Shown here: piece by piece, positions 1-14,639 of the stretch | Position numbering within the stretch: position 1 is the stretch's first letter | How the letters are laid out: each line of letters starts with the position of its first letter | From: Octopus sinensis | Taxonomy: Eukaryota | DNA length: 64,000 nucleotides | NCBI RefSeq assembly: GCF_006345805.1 | Contig: NC_043008.1 | Span: 11,346,001 to 11,410,000, forward strand | Reading direction: 5' to 3' | Notes under the pieces: model-generated | The model's input: the letters and a program-made list of their open reading frames with translations, nothing else | Told to the model about the DNA's origin: nothing | Database searches by the model: none | Made by a program: the position numbers and the translations under genes

Positions 1-1173
1 TGAAAACAGTTATTTGACATAAATCTCAAAGAGGAAGTTAGACTGTTTTCCTATAAACCTAGAAGTACATATATACACGCATTCATAAAAGGATTCGTGA
101 ATATAGAGATACACATATACATGCATGTGTAAGAGTGTTCGTGCGAAAGAGCGTGTCCATGTGTGTGTGTGTATGTGAATGTCTATGTACTTTTGAGTAT
201 GTATATTATATATATATATATGCCTCACAGTGTTTTCCTGTGAATCATTGCGGATATGTTTGGTGCTGCATTGGTATGCATGCAGAAATATATTTTTAAT
301 GTAAATAAGTAAATATGTGTGTTTCAATATTTATCCTTAATTGCCCTTATTGTTAAAATCAGATAACATTGTTAACTGTTTGATATAACGGCAATCAGAA
401 AGTAATCGGACGTTATATATAATCTAGTCACAATTTGCTACGTGAACAGAAATCTGCCTTGTAGTTGGCCTTGCTAAAACATTCTAAAAGATTTTCCACA
501 CAGTTTAAAAATTCACATGCAATATGTTTATTTGAAATATTTCGTCTGAGGAAAGTCCTGATTGTGCAGAAGGAGCACATTTGGTCATAGCTCTCCTTGA
601 TCAGTTCATCCCTGTCTTCAGTCGACAATTTCATCGTAAACAAATCTTTTACCTATTTACAACCAAACTGCGGATCGAATGGAGCGAATTTTTGCCGTGG
701 AACAGTTTTCCGTGCAACAATTTCTTTTGGCCGAATTTTCCCCAGGAATTTCGAATCTCATGTTAATTACAAGGGGAATTCTTCTCTCTCTTTAACGTTA
801 AAATTAAATCGCAATTAGGGACGCACATTAATGGTGAAAGAATGTTCGACACAGGTTTCGAACGGAATATATCCTTCAATATCAGTCAGCCGTCACGTCT
901 TTAATTGAATTAGATAATGTCATGTCACTGCCTTCTAGGCTTTATTGAATTACAACGTTGCCAGTAACGTAGAAGTTAGTTAAGGGTGGAACCTTTAAGA
1001 TGAAATCAGTGGAATTTCAATTTAGAATGGATCTATGAACAGGAATTATGGGGTACTTAAGATTACCATCTAAAACCTCTCACAAACTGCAACCTTTTAA
1101 TTGCTTACAATACTGTTAATCGCACAGGCAATTTGTAGTAGTTAAATTAAATGTGTGAGAGAGAGGTGTATAC

Positions 1174-1207
<34 letters not shown>

Positions 1208-1210
1208 TGT

Positions 1211-1347
1211 TATATTTCGGAATGGTCATTTTGCCAGTTTAGCCAATAAAACACACACGCACTATATATTTGGTGTCATTTTGCTTCAGTGTTATTTATT
1301 TTTACATTTTATTGGCTAAAATGGCAAAATGACCATTCCGAAATATA
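1211..1347. mobile_element. Short MITE with ~40-bp terminal inverted repeats in a TA context
   Basis: TATATTTCGGAATGGTCATTTTGCCAGTTTAGCCAATAAAA (1211-1251) is the reverse complement, with 1 mismatch, of 1307-1347. Confidence 0.7.
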
Positions 1348-1427
1348 TCTGTTTCAAACAATATCTGTTTCAACACCGACTTCGCATAAAAAATCTTGCA
1401 CAACAAAATATATAAATAATATCTATA

Positions 1428-1507
<80 letters not shown>

Positions 1508-1824
1508 GGAGTCACTATGAGGATATTTAGACCTCTTATAGGGATGTTTTTATATAAGATTCACTGGTTTATATATTGTAATTTGAAGAGATAGTTCTTC
1601 AATAAATATATTATAAAATATGATATATTATTATTAAGTTTGAAAATGGAGAGATTAAATGGATATAAATAATTTTAAAAGTTAATTATCTTTGCCTAGA
1701 ATTGTTTCATTTCACATCAAAATTGAATTACAAGACATATATAAGAGATATGTTTGCATTTCAAAATAACTTGGGTGGAAAATCTTGAGGGCATGAAAAA
1801 GGACATTACAGAGATTATATTTTG

Positions 1825-2119
1825 ATTGGTTGACGAAAACACCAAAAGATCCAAGAGGCTCCGGCAGGGGATGGTGATGAACCCTTCTGTACTCTCCCAC
1901 CACAACTTTCTCTCACTCTTTCTTCCTGTTTCTGTTGTACCTGTACTTCAAAGGACCGGCCTTGTCACACTCTGTGGCTCGCTGAATCTCCCTGAGAATT
2001 ACATTAAGGGTACACTTCCGTATGTAGTGATCAGCCACTTGCACGTTAATTTCACGAGCAGGCTGTTCCGTTGATCAGATCAACTGGAACACTCGTCGTC
2101 GCAACCGACGGAGTGCCAC
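1825..2119 (+). mobile_element. SINE (informal head H2, truncated, plus tail T1)
   Basis: Homologous to 25618-25955; the tail CTTGTCACACTCTGTG...CGACGGAGTGC is also in 16968-17296. Confidence 0.75.
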
Positions 2120-2999
2120 CTGTATTTATATGTGTATATGTATATATACATATAAAAGAATATATGACTGTCTTTATTTAAATGCAATCGTGTTTCTGTG
2201 TTTGAATAGGTTTCTTTCCTAAGTTACTTTAATAGTTCGTAAGTATGTATGCATATTTCTAAAAGATTACTAACGTAATTATACTGTTATTTATATTTAG
2301 ATATTATTCATAGTTATATCATATAACATTATTTAACTTTATGTGAGAGGTAACAGATATATATAAATATATATTTCTGCGTACGTATAAACTAATAACA
2401 TAAAACCATGTTTATTATTTGTGTGAGTGTGTGTGTCTTTGTGCATTTGTTGATACTTATATTTATATTCCAATTCAATAATGATGATAATCATCAATTA
2501 AAGTATATAAGAATAAAAATGAGTAATAAAATAAATAATAAAATACTAAGACAAAAATGAAAAGTAAAAATAAAGATGAAATAAAATATATGTTCATGTG
2601 TATGCGCATGAATGTATGTGTATATGTATATATAGATGGTATTATCTATGTATTAATATATGTGTGTGCTTGCGTATATAGATGCTTCCTTCTAGAGTTA
2701 CTTTATTAGTAACATATATACGCATACAAACATATTGGTGCATAAAGAATTGACATCCATACTTGTTGATCATATATGTATATCTATATATCATCATCCA
2801 CCATGTATCTATCTATACAAACACACAAACACCATATATATATATATAAATGTATATATAAATATATATATAAATACATAGTTATGTATATATGTATATA
2901 TATATATATATATACATATATACATAATCACGCACGTATAGAAACATGAATATTAATTTCATTTCATTTATTATTATTTAACTCATTCATTATTATATA

Positions 3000-3187
3000 T
3001 TATATTATTATTATTATTATTGTTATTATATTATTATTATATTGTTATTATATTATTATTTTATTATTATCATCATCATCATCATTATTAAATTATTGTT
3101 ATTATCATTATTATTATTATTATCATCACCATTATTATTATTATTATTATTGTTGTTGTGTTGTTATCATTGTTGTTGTTGTTGTTA
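3000..3187. repeat. (TTA)n/(TTG)n microsatellite
   Basis: Direct reading. Confidence 0.95.
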
Positions 3188-3188
3188 T

Positions 3189-3288
3189 TTAAGGATTGTC
3201 GTTACACCTCCCGAATGTAAAGGAACAAAGAGGAGAGTGCGACTGTTATTGTTCCTTTACCTTCGGGAGGTGTAACGACAATCCTTAA
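3189..3288. mobile_element. 92-bp hairpin MITE, TTAA-flanked, GG...CC termini (Kolobok-like)
   Basis: TTAA|GGATTGTCG...CGACAATCC|TTAA; ~36-bp arms with 1 mismatch and a 20-nt loop. Confidence 0.65.
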
Positions 3289-3364
3289 ACATTACCAAAA
3301 TAAAGTAGATCGAGATGATTATCTGGAACATATGGAAGACACATGTTATTTCGATAACAATCGC

Positions 3365-3875
3365 ACTCTTCTTCTTCTACTTTTTCTTCTTCTTCTCTTC
3401 TTCTTTTCTTATATTCTTATTGATGATCTTCTTGTTCTTATTTTGTTCTTATCCTGTTCCATCTTCTTAAAGTTCTTCTTATCATTCTTATTATTCAATG
3501 TTCTATTTTCTATTCTTCTTCTGTCTTATTTTTACTTATTGTTCTTCTCTTGTCCTGATTCCCTTTCCCGTATTATTCTTTTCTTCTTCTTATCTTCTTT
3601 CTTGTATCTTATTAATCTTTTCTTACTGTTCTTCTTTTATTCTTATTATTCTTCTTGTTCTTCTTATTCCGTCTTCTTCTTCTTAATGTTGTTGTTGTTG
3701 TTTCTTCTTCTTCTTCCTGTTCTTCATTTTTCTTCTTCTTCTTCTTCTTCTTGTGCTTCTTCCCGTTCTTCTTCTTGTTCTTGTTCTTCTTCCTGTTATT
3801 CTTCTTCTTCTTCTTCTTCTTCTTCTTCTTCTTCTTCTTCTTCTTCTTCTTTTCTTCTTCTCTTCAAGGTATTTT
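3365..3875. repeat. (CTT)n-rich polypyrimidine low-complexity tract
   Basis: Direct reading. Confidence 0.9.
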
Positions 3876-3900
3876 GAAATGCGAACTTATATTCTTTTCT

Positions 3901-4292
3901 TCTTTCTCTTAATTGTTTCAGTCATTTGACTGCGGCCATTCTGGAGCACCGCCTTTAGTCGAACAAATCCACCCTAAAACTTATTCTTTGTAAGCCTTGT
4001 ACTTATCCTATCGGTGTCTGTTGCCTAACCGCTATGTCACGAGGACGTAAACACACTGACATCGATTGTCAAGCAATGATGAGGAGGTTATAAACACAGA
4101 CACACAAACGCATACATCTATATACATATACACGACTACCTTCCTTCAGTTTTCGTCTACCAATTCCACCCACAAGGCTTTGGTCGGCTCGCGAATATAC
4201 CAGAATACACTTGCCCAAGATAGCACGCAGTGGGACTAAACCCGCAACCATGTGATTGGTAAGCAGATTTCTTACCACACAGCTACTCCTGC
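3901..4292 (-). mobile_element. tRNA-headed SINE family A (informal name)
   Basis: A/B-box-like head on the minus strand, central CA/TA microsatellite, body shared with 23274, 49955, 59715 and 61441. Confidence 0.9.
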
Positions 4293-4815
4293 TACTTACC
4301 ACACAGCCACTCTTACTCCTATTTATATGCTTTGTAATTTAAATTGGATGTGAAATGAAACAATTGTAGGCAATGATAATAAATTAATATATAAGTGTAC
4401 ATCTATTGAATCTCTCCTTTTCCATATAATACTAACCTCAATTTTAGGTGTAATAATAAGTGTTTTTGAAGAGACACTATTTTTTGTTCTTTGCTGTGAG
4501 TGTCTTTTACGAGTAATCTTCTTTTTGTAAAGTCTGTCCTAAATCTGCTACATATATGATTGTATTTACTTTTCCAAGCCTCTGTATATCTACCTTTACA
4601 TATGCTTCCTCTTGTTCTTAATGATAACAATTTACTATGTAGAATTTAGAGTAATTGAAATGCCAATTGTTTATATATATATATATTACACACACACTTA
4701 TATCTATATCTAACTATCTATCTTCTATATATATATACATATATTCATACATACTACATACAAACATACATACATACATACATACACATACATACATACA
4801 TACATACATACACAC

Positions 4816-4897
<82 letters not shown>

Positions 4898-6614
4898 TAC
4901 TATACACTAACATAGAGAAAGGCAATCTAAATCCAGGTTGCTATATCATGTTATTTACAGTGCTGTTCGTATCTGACTTCCTTCGCCCTGAAGCCTTTAC
5001 ACTCACAAAAACCAAACAGTGTCAGTTCGTGTTACCTGCGAGCAAATCCACATGTTGCTATAACACCTGCTAAAATTGTCAATAAAAATGGCTCGGAATA
5101 CGGCATGTTATTTAAAGAAAAGAACAAGCACTGTAGACTACATAACCGTATACTTTGTAAAAAGACGAAATGATAACCGCTAAAGCACTTTGAAATTACC
5201 AGACTGATGAAATATGCCTAACCTTCAGTTAGAAATGTTTTTACTTGACAAATTATATTATAAATAAGATGAATGTTTAAACCTGAAGGAACAAATTGCC
5301 ACTGGATTTTGAACCCCACCAACGTTTTTCACTTCTTGTTTTCTTTTTTTACTTTTCCCTAGTTTCAGCTCAGAGCTGTGACCATGCTGAGGTGCCACCG
5401 TTACTGGAAATTTATCGTTTATATCAGCGCTTCCTACCTACAGTTTCTTCGTTATATCTTTTCATTGATTGGGATATTATATTAAAGTATTTTGCGTCTT
5501 GGTACCATTCGCTAATATACAAGTAGAGAATATAGAAGCACTAATCACTAGAATATAAAAATACCAGCACAGAAATAGATGTAGAGAATATAGAGGCTCT
5601 AATCACTAGAAATAATAACCAAATCGTTCTTGAATCAATCTTAACTATCTTTTAGTTATGACAATTCGGGGGCAAAAGTGCAACAACATACTATGTTTAA
5701 CAGTTTAAGAACTAAAATAAATGCGAAAAATCTTAGTAATATACAAGTGTACAAGTTTGCTATCTAAATAATTGCTGTTCTTCAGAAGAACATTCCTTCA
5801 ATACTTCAATATATCATCAAATACCAACCCCAACAGAGTAATTTATGTCATCTCGTTGTAAATTTGACACTGTCCATTTCACAACGTATTTAGATTTGAG
5901 AATACTATTCCCACTGTAATGTTTATGATATATTCGTAATCGTTCTTCATTTTTGTTTATCAAACGCTAACTCTCACACTACTGTAATAATTTACAATGA
6001 AATATGAGTGCAAAATATTTAGTCGTTCTCAGTGTCTTCGCAACTTGTAGGAAACTTTTAACTTTACAGATGAAGAAACAAGTGAAATAAATCAGTTTTC
6101 TTTCATGTCACGTTTATAGGAATTTTCTAAACTTTGCCAGTCTTCTCTACTTTTAATTCTGTTATCATCGAATTTAAATAACTTTACAATTACAATTGGT
6201 TAGTCAGACGCTATCTGAATACTTTTGGCTATTAATGTTAATGTCGTAATGATCTAAAGTCGATTTTCGTTACGTTTTATGTTCACTGAAATTGCAACTG
6301 ATGCCTTTAGAGATGACATCGCCGAAAGGCGAAAGAGAAATTGGACATATTGTAGCATGCTCTAATTCAGGAATATTTTACGGTGAAACAAAGTTCTTAT
6401 TAGTAAATTTGATGAATATCTGGTTTACTATATTTGGCCCCAGCACGCAACTGTAAAAATTGATAATGAGAATGTCTCTTATATTATCTCTAATCAGGAT
6501 AACAAGACTAAGGATGCTTGGAAAACACGTGGTTCTGAGTTCTATGGAGTCGTGCAGTCTCTGTGCCAATTGACTTCTATTGGTATTTGTTGACGAATAA
6601 TTTGCGATAATATA

Positions 6615-6843
6615 GGCGGCGAGCTGGCAGAACCGTTAGCACGCCGGGCGAAATGCGTAGCCGTATTTCGTCTGCCGTTACATTCTGAGTTCAAATTCCG
6701 CCGAGGTCGACTTTGCCTTTCATCCATTCGAGGTCGATAAATTAAGTACCAGTTACGCACTGGGGTCGATGTAATCGACTTAATTCGTTTTTCTGTCCTT
6801 GTTTGTCCCCTCTATGTTTAGCCCCTTGTGGGAAATAAAGAAA
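6615..6843 (+). mobile_element. tRNA-headed SINE family C (informal name)
   Basis: GGCGGCGAGCTGGCAGAA...GAGTTCAAATTCC head, core TTGCCTTTCATCC..GGTCGATAAATTAAGTACCAG, tail ..AATAAAGAAA; multiple copies in the window. Confidence 0.9.
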
Positions 6844-6974
6844 CATATATATTTCATAGTTGCCCTTCAAAGTTTGCCCTTGGTGACATTTGTTCTACAT
6901 CGAGCAAAGGACTCTCCTTTGTTACTCTTGCTCACTGAAATGTAATAGACCAGTGGTTGACCTGTATGATACTT

Positions 6975-7328
6975 GTCCCTGTGACATTCTGAGACCCCTT
7001 TCGGTCACGACACTGACCAAGGTATTGCACCTACAATGTTGCCCTCCCAGGCACAAGTCCGGGCAAGGTTGTTTATGGAAGACCAGTAGTCGCCCATGCA
7101 CACCAGCCTCCCCTTTCCATGCTGCTGATGTTATACAAGGGAAAGGCAAAGGCCGATACAGCTTGGCACCTGTGACGTCGCAAGTCATTTCTACAGCTGA
7201 GTGAACTGGAGTAACGGGAAATAAAGTGTCTTGCTCAAGAACACAACTCGCAACCCGGTCCGGGATTCGAGCTCACAACCTCACGATTGTAAGCTCGACT
7301 CTCCAACCTCTGAGCCATGTGCCTTCAC
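6975..7328 (-). mobile_element. SINE (head H1 plus tail T3)
   Basis: Head GTGAAGGCACATGGCTCAG...TTGAGCAAGACACTTTATTTC on the minus strand, shared with 16968 and 32309. Confidence 0.8.
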
Positions 7329-8984
7329 ATGTGACAATATTTGTAAATGTGTACATTGGTCAAGTGGACAAGCTTCAGAATCTCAACAGTTACAACTGGG
7401 ATTGGGATCTTGGTAATATTTACGAGTTATAATATTCTTCATTTTGGGGCAGCAACTGTATGATATTTTACGTCTCCATTATAACTTATGACTACTCTCT
7501 TGCAGAGAAGCATTTCGCATTGAATTTAGTGGAAATAAGGGAGAAAATCTGGTGTATTTATATATAGGAAAGGCAATTTTGTATTAATTTTATGTTCGAA
7601 AGTATTTGAGCAACAAATAAAACTTAAACTAAAACAAATGACAAGTTAGAAACCCGGTTGCTAAAAATAACAGCAAGATTACCTTCTTAAAAATAAGTGA
7701 CGCTTTGCTTGAAGAAGTCGCATATATTCGCAAGGTAGTCTCGCCAAAACTCTATATTTACATTGATGTAAATAAAAGTTGTAAAAATTACATTTTAACT
7801 ACAGCTACACATTCTAATTTAAATATCTCTTGTAGAATATAATAATATAAGTCAGCGGCAGTGAATTCATGTAATGTTAGTTACATAGGTACACGTCTCG
7901 CGTACGTAAGCTATTATTAATCTTGTTTCTGCTTTATTTTGGGAAACGTTATATAATTCATGAAAACTAATCAAAATTAATCAGGCAAAAGCTGCTGATA
8001 TCTTCATAATTATGATTTCAATTCCAGTAAATTTCAATCGGTTATGCTTGCCATTATATTTGGTCAATAATTTTATAGTCATAACATATGTGTGAAAATT
8101 TAACAGTTATTATAATAGAAACTTTGTTCAGAGGAAAATGATGGACGACTCTTAGATTTTCAATTACCAAGATATTGATGAAAGACTTTTCAGAAATTAT
8201 AAAGTTTGGAAATATGTTCGTAAATTGCGAGAGAAAAGTTTCTAAGAAACATATGTGCGTAAAACACACACAAAGAAATACACATACACACACAGAAATA
8301 CACACACACACACACACAAAATAGACACGTATATGTATTATATATATCTAAATAAACACACAAAATTGTATTTAGTCGAAATTGTGAGCGACTGAAGTTA
8401 GCGGCTGTAGATATTGAAGTTACTCTGCATATTAATGGCTGAGGAATACATGAATATTCCTATATATTATCTAGTTCCATGAAATGAATAGATTTAAATA
8501 TTAGTTCATGGATACATTTGTACAGGATCTTTAAAAAACTGATTGGTTTGCAGTAGCGTTTCCCATCAAATCCTTTCTATTTGTGGAAGTAATATTATAT
8601 TTTTTTGCGTTAAAAGTAGAAAATAAATTATCGGGGGTACATCTAGTTGAAATGAAAGAAGAAACAATAACATTGATATTAAGTTCTTCAAAATAAATGA
8701 AGATCAAGGCTGGCGTGAGAGTATTTTGGGAGAAGATATTGGCCAATTCACAAAACGTTTGTTGAAACCAGTCCGTTCCTTTTTGCATAAGGATCGCCCT
8801 TGCCCGATGAAATATAAAGCAAACTATAGATAGGGCTCGATCTGCAAACACATTTTTACATTTAAAAAGCAGTATCAAAAATATAGACATTCATGCTTTT
8901 CTTTCAAATGAAATATCGATTTAAATGGTAAGGTGAAACGGTTTCAGACATTACTATTATTATTATTATTATTATTATTATTCT

Positions 8985-11900
8985 ATGTTTGACTTTTGCT
9001 TTATATTTGTACAAGTTGGCTCCAAGTCTCACCCAGAGACCTCAAGAGACAACAGGGTTGGAAGTTCATGTTGTTGTTATGCCTAGTGTGCCATATATTT
9101 GGGGGGTGGGGATGTTGTACTAATGAATGTCTAAAAAAAAAAAAGTTTTTTTTTTTTAATTTTTTTTTTAAACCGAAAATTATGTTTGTTTTAAACCTTG
9201 AGGTTACATAGAGAGTATTTTGCGTAGGATATGAGCATTCCCATGAGCACTATCTTTGAACTTCTGCCATTTTTGGGGTTTCCTGGTATCTGAGTTAGGT
9301 AGCTATCAGCCCCTTTTGCTATCATTCCAGGGCACCTATGACAACAGGTATTGTTTTAGTCTTCAGCTTCCACATTTTGCTGATTTCTATTTGAAGATCT
9401 TTATATTTGCTCAGTTTTTGGTAGGTCCTGACAGATACGTTTATATCGATTGGGACAGTCATATCAATGAGGAGGCATGTTCTTTGTTTGAAGTCTTTCA
9501 TATGATGTCTGGCCTATTTGCATCTATCTTCCTGTCAGTTTGAATGGTGAAGTTCCAGAGGAGTGAGATGTGGTCATTTTCAAGCACTGGGGGTGGTTTG
9601 TGTTCCCATCAGTTTTTTTTCATGGGGCAAATCCAGGTTTTTACAGATTACCCAGTGAATATATTGTGCAGCTCTATCGTGCCTGTTGAGATACTCTGTA
9701 GGCGCTAGAAGACTGCACTTGGACACCACATGGTCAATGGTTTCATTTTGTTGCTTGCATACACGACACGTGGACTGCGTCTGATCTTTAATATGTTGCC
9801 TGGTAGTTTTCTTCTTGTTGTAGGCATTGATCTTGAGCTGCTATGATAAACCCCTCTGTTTCAGATTTTAAGCAGAGGCCATTAGCCATTGATGGGTCAG
9901 GGCTTTGTCGATATCTGCATTATTCGCTCTCTTTTGGGTATTTGCCGTAGAGAGGTTTTTCTTGCCATTTATTATTCAATATCTAAGGCCGCAGTTTTGG
10001 CACGGTTTTTCATGCGCCTAGCTTTTTCTGTGCTTGTTTCTTGTATGTCTATCTCTAATTCCGAAATTGGTTGTATTCGGAATTCACTTAGATATTCCTT
10101 TGCCTGTTTTGTGACTGAGTATGATGCTTTCTTGTTTTCATGTTTTGAGACAATTTTTAACATCCAGTCCTCAGAGTTTTTCAGGTAGGTGTCTAGGCCA
10201 ATTGTAGCAATCTTCATTGTTATTGCCAGTTGCAAAAGACCACGTCCTCCCTCTTTTCTTGGCAGATAGAGTCGTTCTGTATCTGCCTTAGGGTGGTGCA
10301 TTCTATGCATTGTCAACAGTTCCTTATTTTTCTGTCGAGCTGACATATTTCAGTAATTGACCAGTTAACAATATTGAAACTGTAAGTCACGACTGGTATA
10401 GCTAATGCATTGATGCTTCGATCCTGTTTCTTGCATTCAGCTCTGTCTTGAGTATTGCTCTCACTCTTCGATAGCATTCTCTCCTGATCCTTTCCTTCAT
10501 CTCTGAATGCCTTATTCCGTTCCCTTCAATTACCCCTAGGTACTTGTAGCTCTCCGCTGGGTCTAGTTCTTTTATGACATTCTGTTGGTCAAGGTTAACG
10601 TTAGATGTTTCTGTCATTTTTCCTTTGATAAAGGTAGCCTTCGCACATTTATCGAGGCCGAATTGCATTCTGATGTCGTCACTGAATTGTTTGACTATCG
10701 CTAGTAAGCCTTGAGTTGTTGATCATTTTTTGCAAAAAGCTTTAAATCATCCATGTAAACGAGATGATTATATTTTTATCAAACATTTTATACCCGTACT
10801 GCGCGTCATTGAGCAGCTTTGAGAGAGGTATTAAGGATAAACAAAAGAGGAGTGGTGACAGTGAGTCACCCTGGAAAATGCCACACGAAATTTTTACATC
10901 ACCAGCATTTAGGGATTCACTGTCACTGTTCAGAGTTAGTGTGTTTCTCCATGATCTCATACTTACAGTCAAGAAGTTTCGCAGAGTTGGTGCTATCTTA
11001 TACATTTCAAGGCATTTCCTAATCCAGCTATGTGGGTAGGCTATCAAAAGCCTTTTTATAGTCTATCCAAACTATTGATAAGTTTTTGTGTCGTTTGTGA
11101 CAATCTTCTAAGATCATCTTTGATGAGTAGTTGGTCTTTACAGCCGTAGGATCCACGTTTACATCCTTTCTGTTCATTAGGGAATATGCTGCTGTCTGTT
11201 AAAAAACTATAGGTATATTCCGTCAGGACAGATGTTAGAGTTTTGTACATAGTTGTTAAGCAGGTTATGGGTCTATAGTTTTTTGGTTCATTTGTTTCTT
11301 CACTTTTTGGAAGCAGGAATGTTAACCCATTAACTAGCCAAGGAGGCATCCTACTAGGGTGTTGCAGAACATCATTGTACAGTTCTGTTAGCAGTTCATG
11401 GCTCTCTGGGAAGGCATTCAGCCAGAAGTTAGCAATTTATCCTTTCCTGGAGACTTCCATTTGCTTGACCTCCTGAGAGCAGATCTTATATCTTCTACCT
11501 TGGCACCCTCCCACTTTTGCTCTTCTAAGGGGTCCAATTCTGTAGATATTCTGTCAATCCAGGGGTCCTTTTCGTTGTGTGTTTTTTCTTCTGCCCAGAT
11601 TTTATTCCAAAATCTCTGCACTTCTTCTTTTGATGGTACAGACCCTGCAGTAACGCTGTTTTTTTTCCTATCTTCCTGTAAAAATTCTTGGTGTTATTTT
11701 TGAACATGTTGTTGTCCTTGAAAATCTAACACGCTTTTCATACCTCGCTATGCGGGTAGCTTTGGCAGATACCTTTGTGTTTGATGGTTTCTATGGTGGC
11801 ATCAATATCAAGTATAGTTTTCATATTGTATTTTTCAGTAATTTTTGGGTTTTTGTAGGTTTGGTAGTCTTGTGAGCCTTAAGGTTTTTCAAATATTCAA

Positions 11901-12076
11901 TGTCAGATCTAAATACTTTAATTTGTTGTTGCAGACGCTCTTGCCAAGAAAGCTTTTTGTGGGACTGTTGCCGTTTTCTAATCTTTACACCACATAGGAT
12001 CGTTGAGATTTTCGCGGATGCATAGTATAGGTGGTTGAGGTTTGTGATATCAACATCATTAACTGAAATTATATCC

Positions 12077-12078
<2 letters not shown>
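8985..12078 (-). mobile_element. R4/Dong-clade non-LTR retrotransposon (RT plus RLE endonuclease), 5'-truncated and degraded
   Basis: Minus-strand motifs KWKSPGKDK, NYRPITCL, KGCKRGSYGCKDQLL, GIFQGDSLSPLLF, FGLDKCA, RMHHPKADTERLYLPRKEGGRG, NRPDI and LIDMTVP..KYKDL; (TAA)n on both sides (8953-8984, 12078-12155); many frameshifts. Confidence 0.92.
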
Positions 12079-12156
<78 letters not shown>

Positions 12157-12269
12157 TATTTTTAAATTGATAACTAAAGGTTTTAGTAGTACGTATGTAT
12201 ATGTATAGTAGCCTAAGCTTTTTCATTAAATCTGCGGTTAAACGTTGTCACAAGTTACCTCCCTGACCC

Positions 12270-12650
12270 AAGAAGGCAGAATAGAAAAGGCTTCCCGAAG
12301 GGTAGCGACGGATATGCGCTGAAACAGGCACTCTGATTCACGGGACTCACACTTGTGGAAGCCATGCTCGCTGCAATAACGGTGAGCCGGTATATGGTCC
12401 GGTGTCAAGAACGCAGGAGATCTTCACTGTTACATGTTCATACATAAACCTGTCAGAGAGTGATCGATCCATAAAACAAATTGCCTTTTTCAGCCTCACA
12501 AACAGATAAGCGTAGGTTGGTAGCTGACCGCACCAAATTAGAGAAGGTATCACAGCATATGGCATTCCAAATGAGGGCATGTCACCATAGAATGAGAAAA
12601 CTGTCTGTGAAAAGTTTCCTGTTTCGTTGGAGATTAATAAAAATTTATAT
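12270..12650 (-). mobile_element. Possible old CR1/Jockey-type LINE RT C-terminal remnant
   Basis: Minus-strand translation SLIWCG...LKKAICFMDRSLSDRF loosely resembles the post-RT region of these LINEs. Confidence 0.3.
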
Positions 12651-13084
12651 ACATACTGAAATTAAACATTTTTGTAAGGTTTAAAATATACACGTTTCTT
12701 AATCTGACTTGATTATGCAATGTATATATTTGTATACTAACATAACTTGAAGTTAGAAAAGAACGTTCCATGATTATGCAACACAGTTCAATAAAAGACC
12801 GATTGAGAAGCGTTTATAATGATTGTAATATATCCATGTTTACTCCTGGTGTATTTACATGATCAGCCTATATTATTGGCATAACCTATTAGGTTAAAGC
12901 AGGTCGTCATAAGTAACAACCGTAACTGAATGACAAGAAGGATGACGTACAAGTTAATCCTGACAGCTGTTTCAAACACAAATGATGCAAAGTGGTCAAC
13001 GTCCTTCCAAGTTGTCTGCAGTCAGCGTATTTATGTCAGTTTATTCCATGTTCATGTCAGAGTTAGGCAGGAACTCAATGTTAA

Positions 13085-13162
13085 ATGAAATTTAAACCAT
13101 ACATATAAAGTATATTTATGCATATATTAATATATATATGTGTGCGTGTACGTATGTATGTA

Positions 13163-13218
<56 letters not shown>

Positions 13219-13294
13219 CATATACATATATATATATATATACATACATATACATATACATACATGCATGCATATATATATATTTGTACACACA

Positions 13295-13366
<72 letters not shown>

Positions 13367-13510
13367 CTGCATATGTATATCTATCCATCTTTGCCAATTT
13401 ATCTATATGTCTCTCTATCTTTTTCTATCTCCCTCTATATGTGTATGCTCGTATATGTCTTTATACATGCGTGTGTGTGTGCGTGTGTGTACGTGCGTAT
13501 GTATGTGTGA
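13085..13510. repeat. (TA)n/(TG)n microsatellite block
   Basis: Direct reading. Confidence 0.95.
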
Positions 13511-14188
13511 TTATACATTTTGCAAAGAATATCCTTTTATTGAACATAATATAAATTCATGTAGGAAATCATTGCCGTTAAAAGTTGCCTACATTTCTAA
13601 CAGGGAAAATACATTCGTCGCAGATATCATATACATATGACATATGATATTAAATCTGAATAAAAAGAAAAAATAGTAGGAAGTGGTAAATCTTCAGTAA
13701 ACATACTTGAGAAATATTGATATTTTCGGATGGATATATTCAATATAGGAGAATGTTCCCAATGTGGCAAGTTTACTTGGTTATAGTGTATTTTCTTATA
13801 TATATATATTTCTCGTCGCTATATACTTTCAAACAACCCTTCACACACAAACACAAACATATGGAAATAACGATGATGATGATGGTCATGGTGATAATGA
13901 TGGTTTCTCTCGTCGAAGACTACGTATGGGTGTTTAGTTTTTCCGAAACGACCTGCACAAGTGATTTGTTGATAGTGATGAAATGTATGTGATGTACATT
14001 AGTTGACTCTAATCTCTCTATCGAATCGACGTCGTCTGAAAGGGTGCACGATATGTCACGTGTCAGGCGTTGAATTGATCGTAGAGCACCATGACATGGA
14101 ATGTTTTATTCAAGAACATTACGCACCATGCCGTCTCACTTCGTCTGTATGTCTCTCTCTCTTTCTCTCTCGTATATATATATATATA

Positions 14189-14256
<68 letters not shown>

Positions 14257-14639
14257 CTTCTAAAAATTAAACCAATGTCAAATTAAAATGTATAATAAAG
14301 AGAAAACACAAAATCCGTTGGAATTCAATTGAGATTTAGATGAAATTCCTTCTCATTGTCATAGTTATAAAGATATTTTAGGATTTCTTGCAATATTATT
14401 TGCATTGGTTGAGTTAAGTTTATTGTTTCCAAATATGCTGGGGATGCAGAAGATTTTATTCCTGCGAATCCTTTAGTTACTTCAATTCATATCAAGTCTG
14501 AGTGATATTTTTTTTTTTTGTTTTTTGCTTATGATATTTTACGTTCAATTCCTAATAATTTGGGATATGTGGTTAGTTTAGGAATGTCTAACTTCGAAAA
14601 TAAAAGAGATTTTTGGTAAGAAATGAAGAGATTAGTAAA

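Noticed and set aside
428-643. 71-aa minus-strand ORF with Cys residues
   Set aside because: No zinc-finger spacing, no splice support and no recognised homology
13081-13640. Long YI/HT/CV-rich ORFs here and at about 30, 33.8, 37-39, 48.8 and 55 kb
   Set aside because: They are translations of (TA)n, (CA)n and (TATG)n microsatellites, which lack stops in some frames
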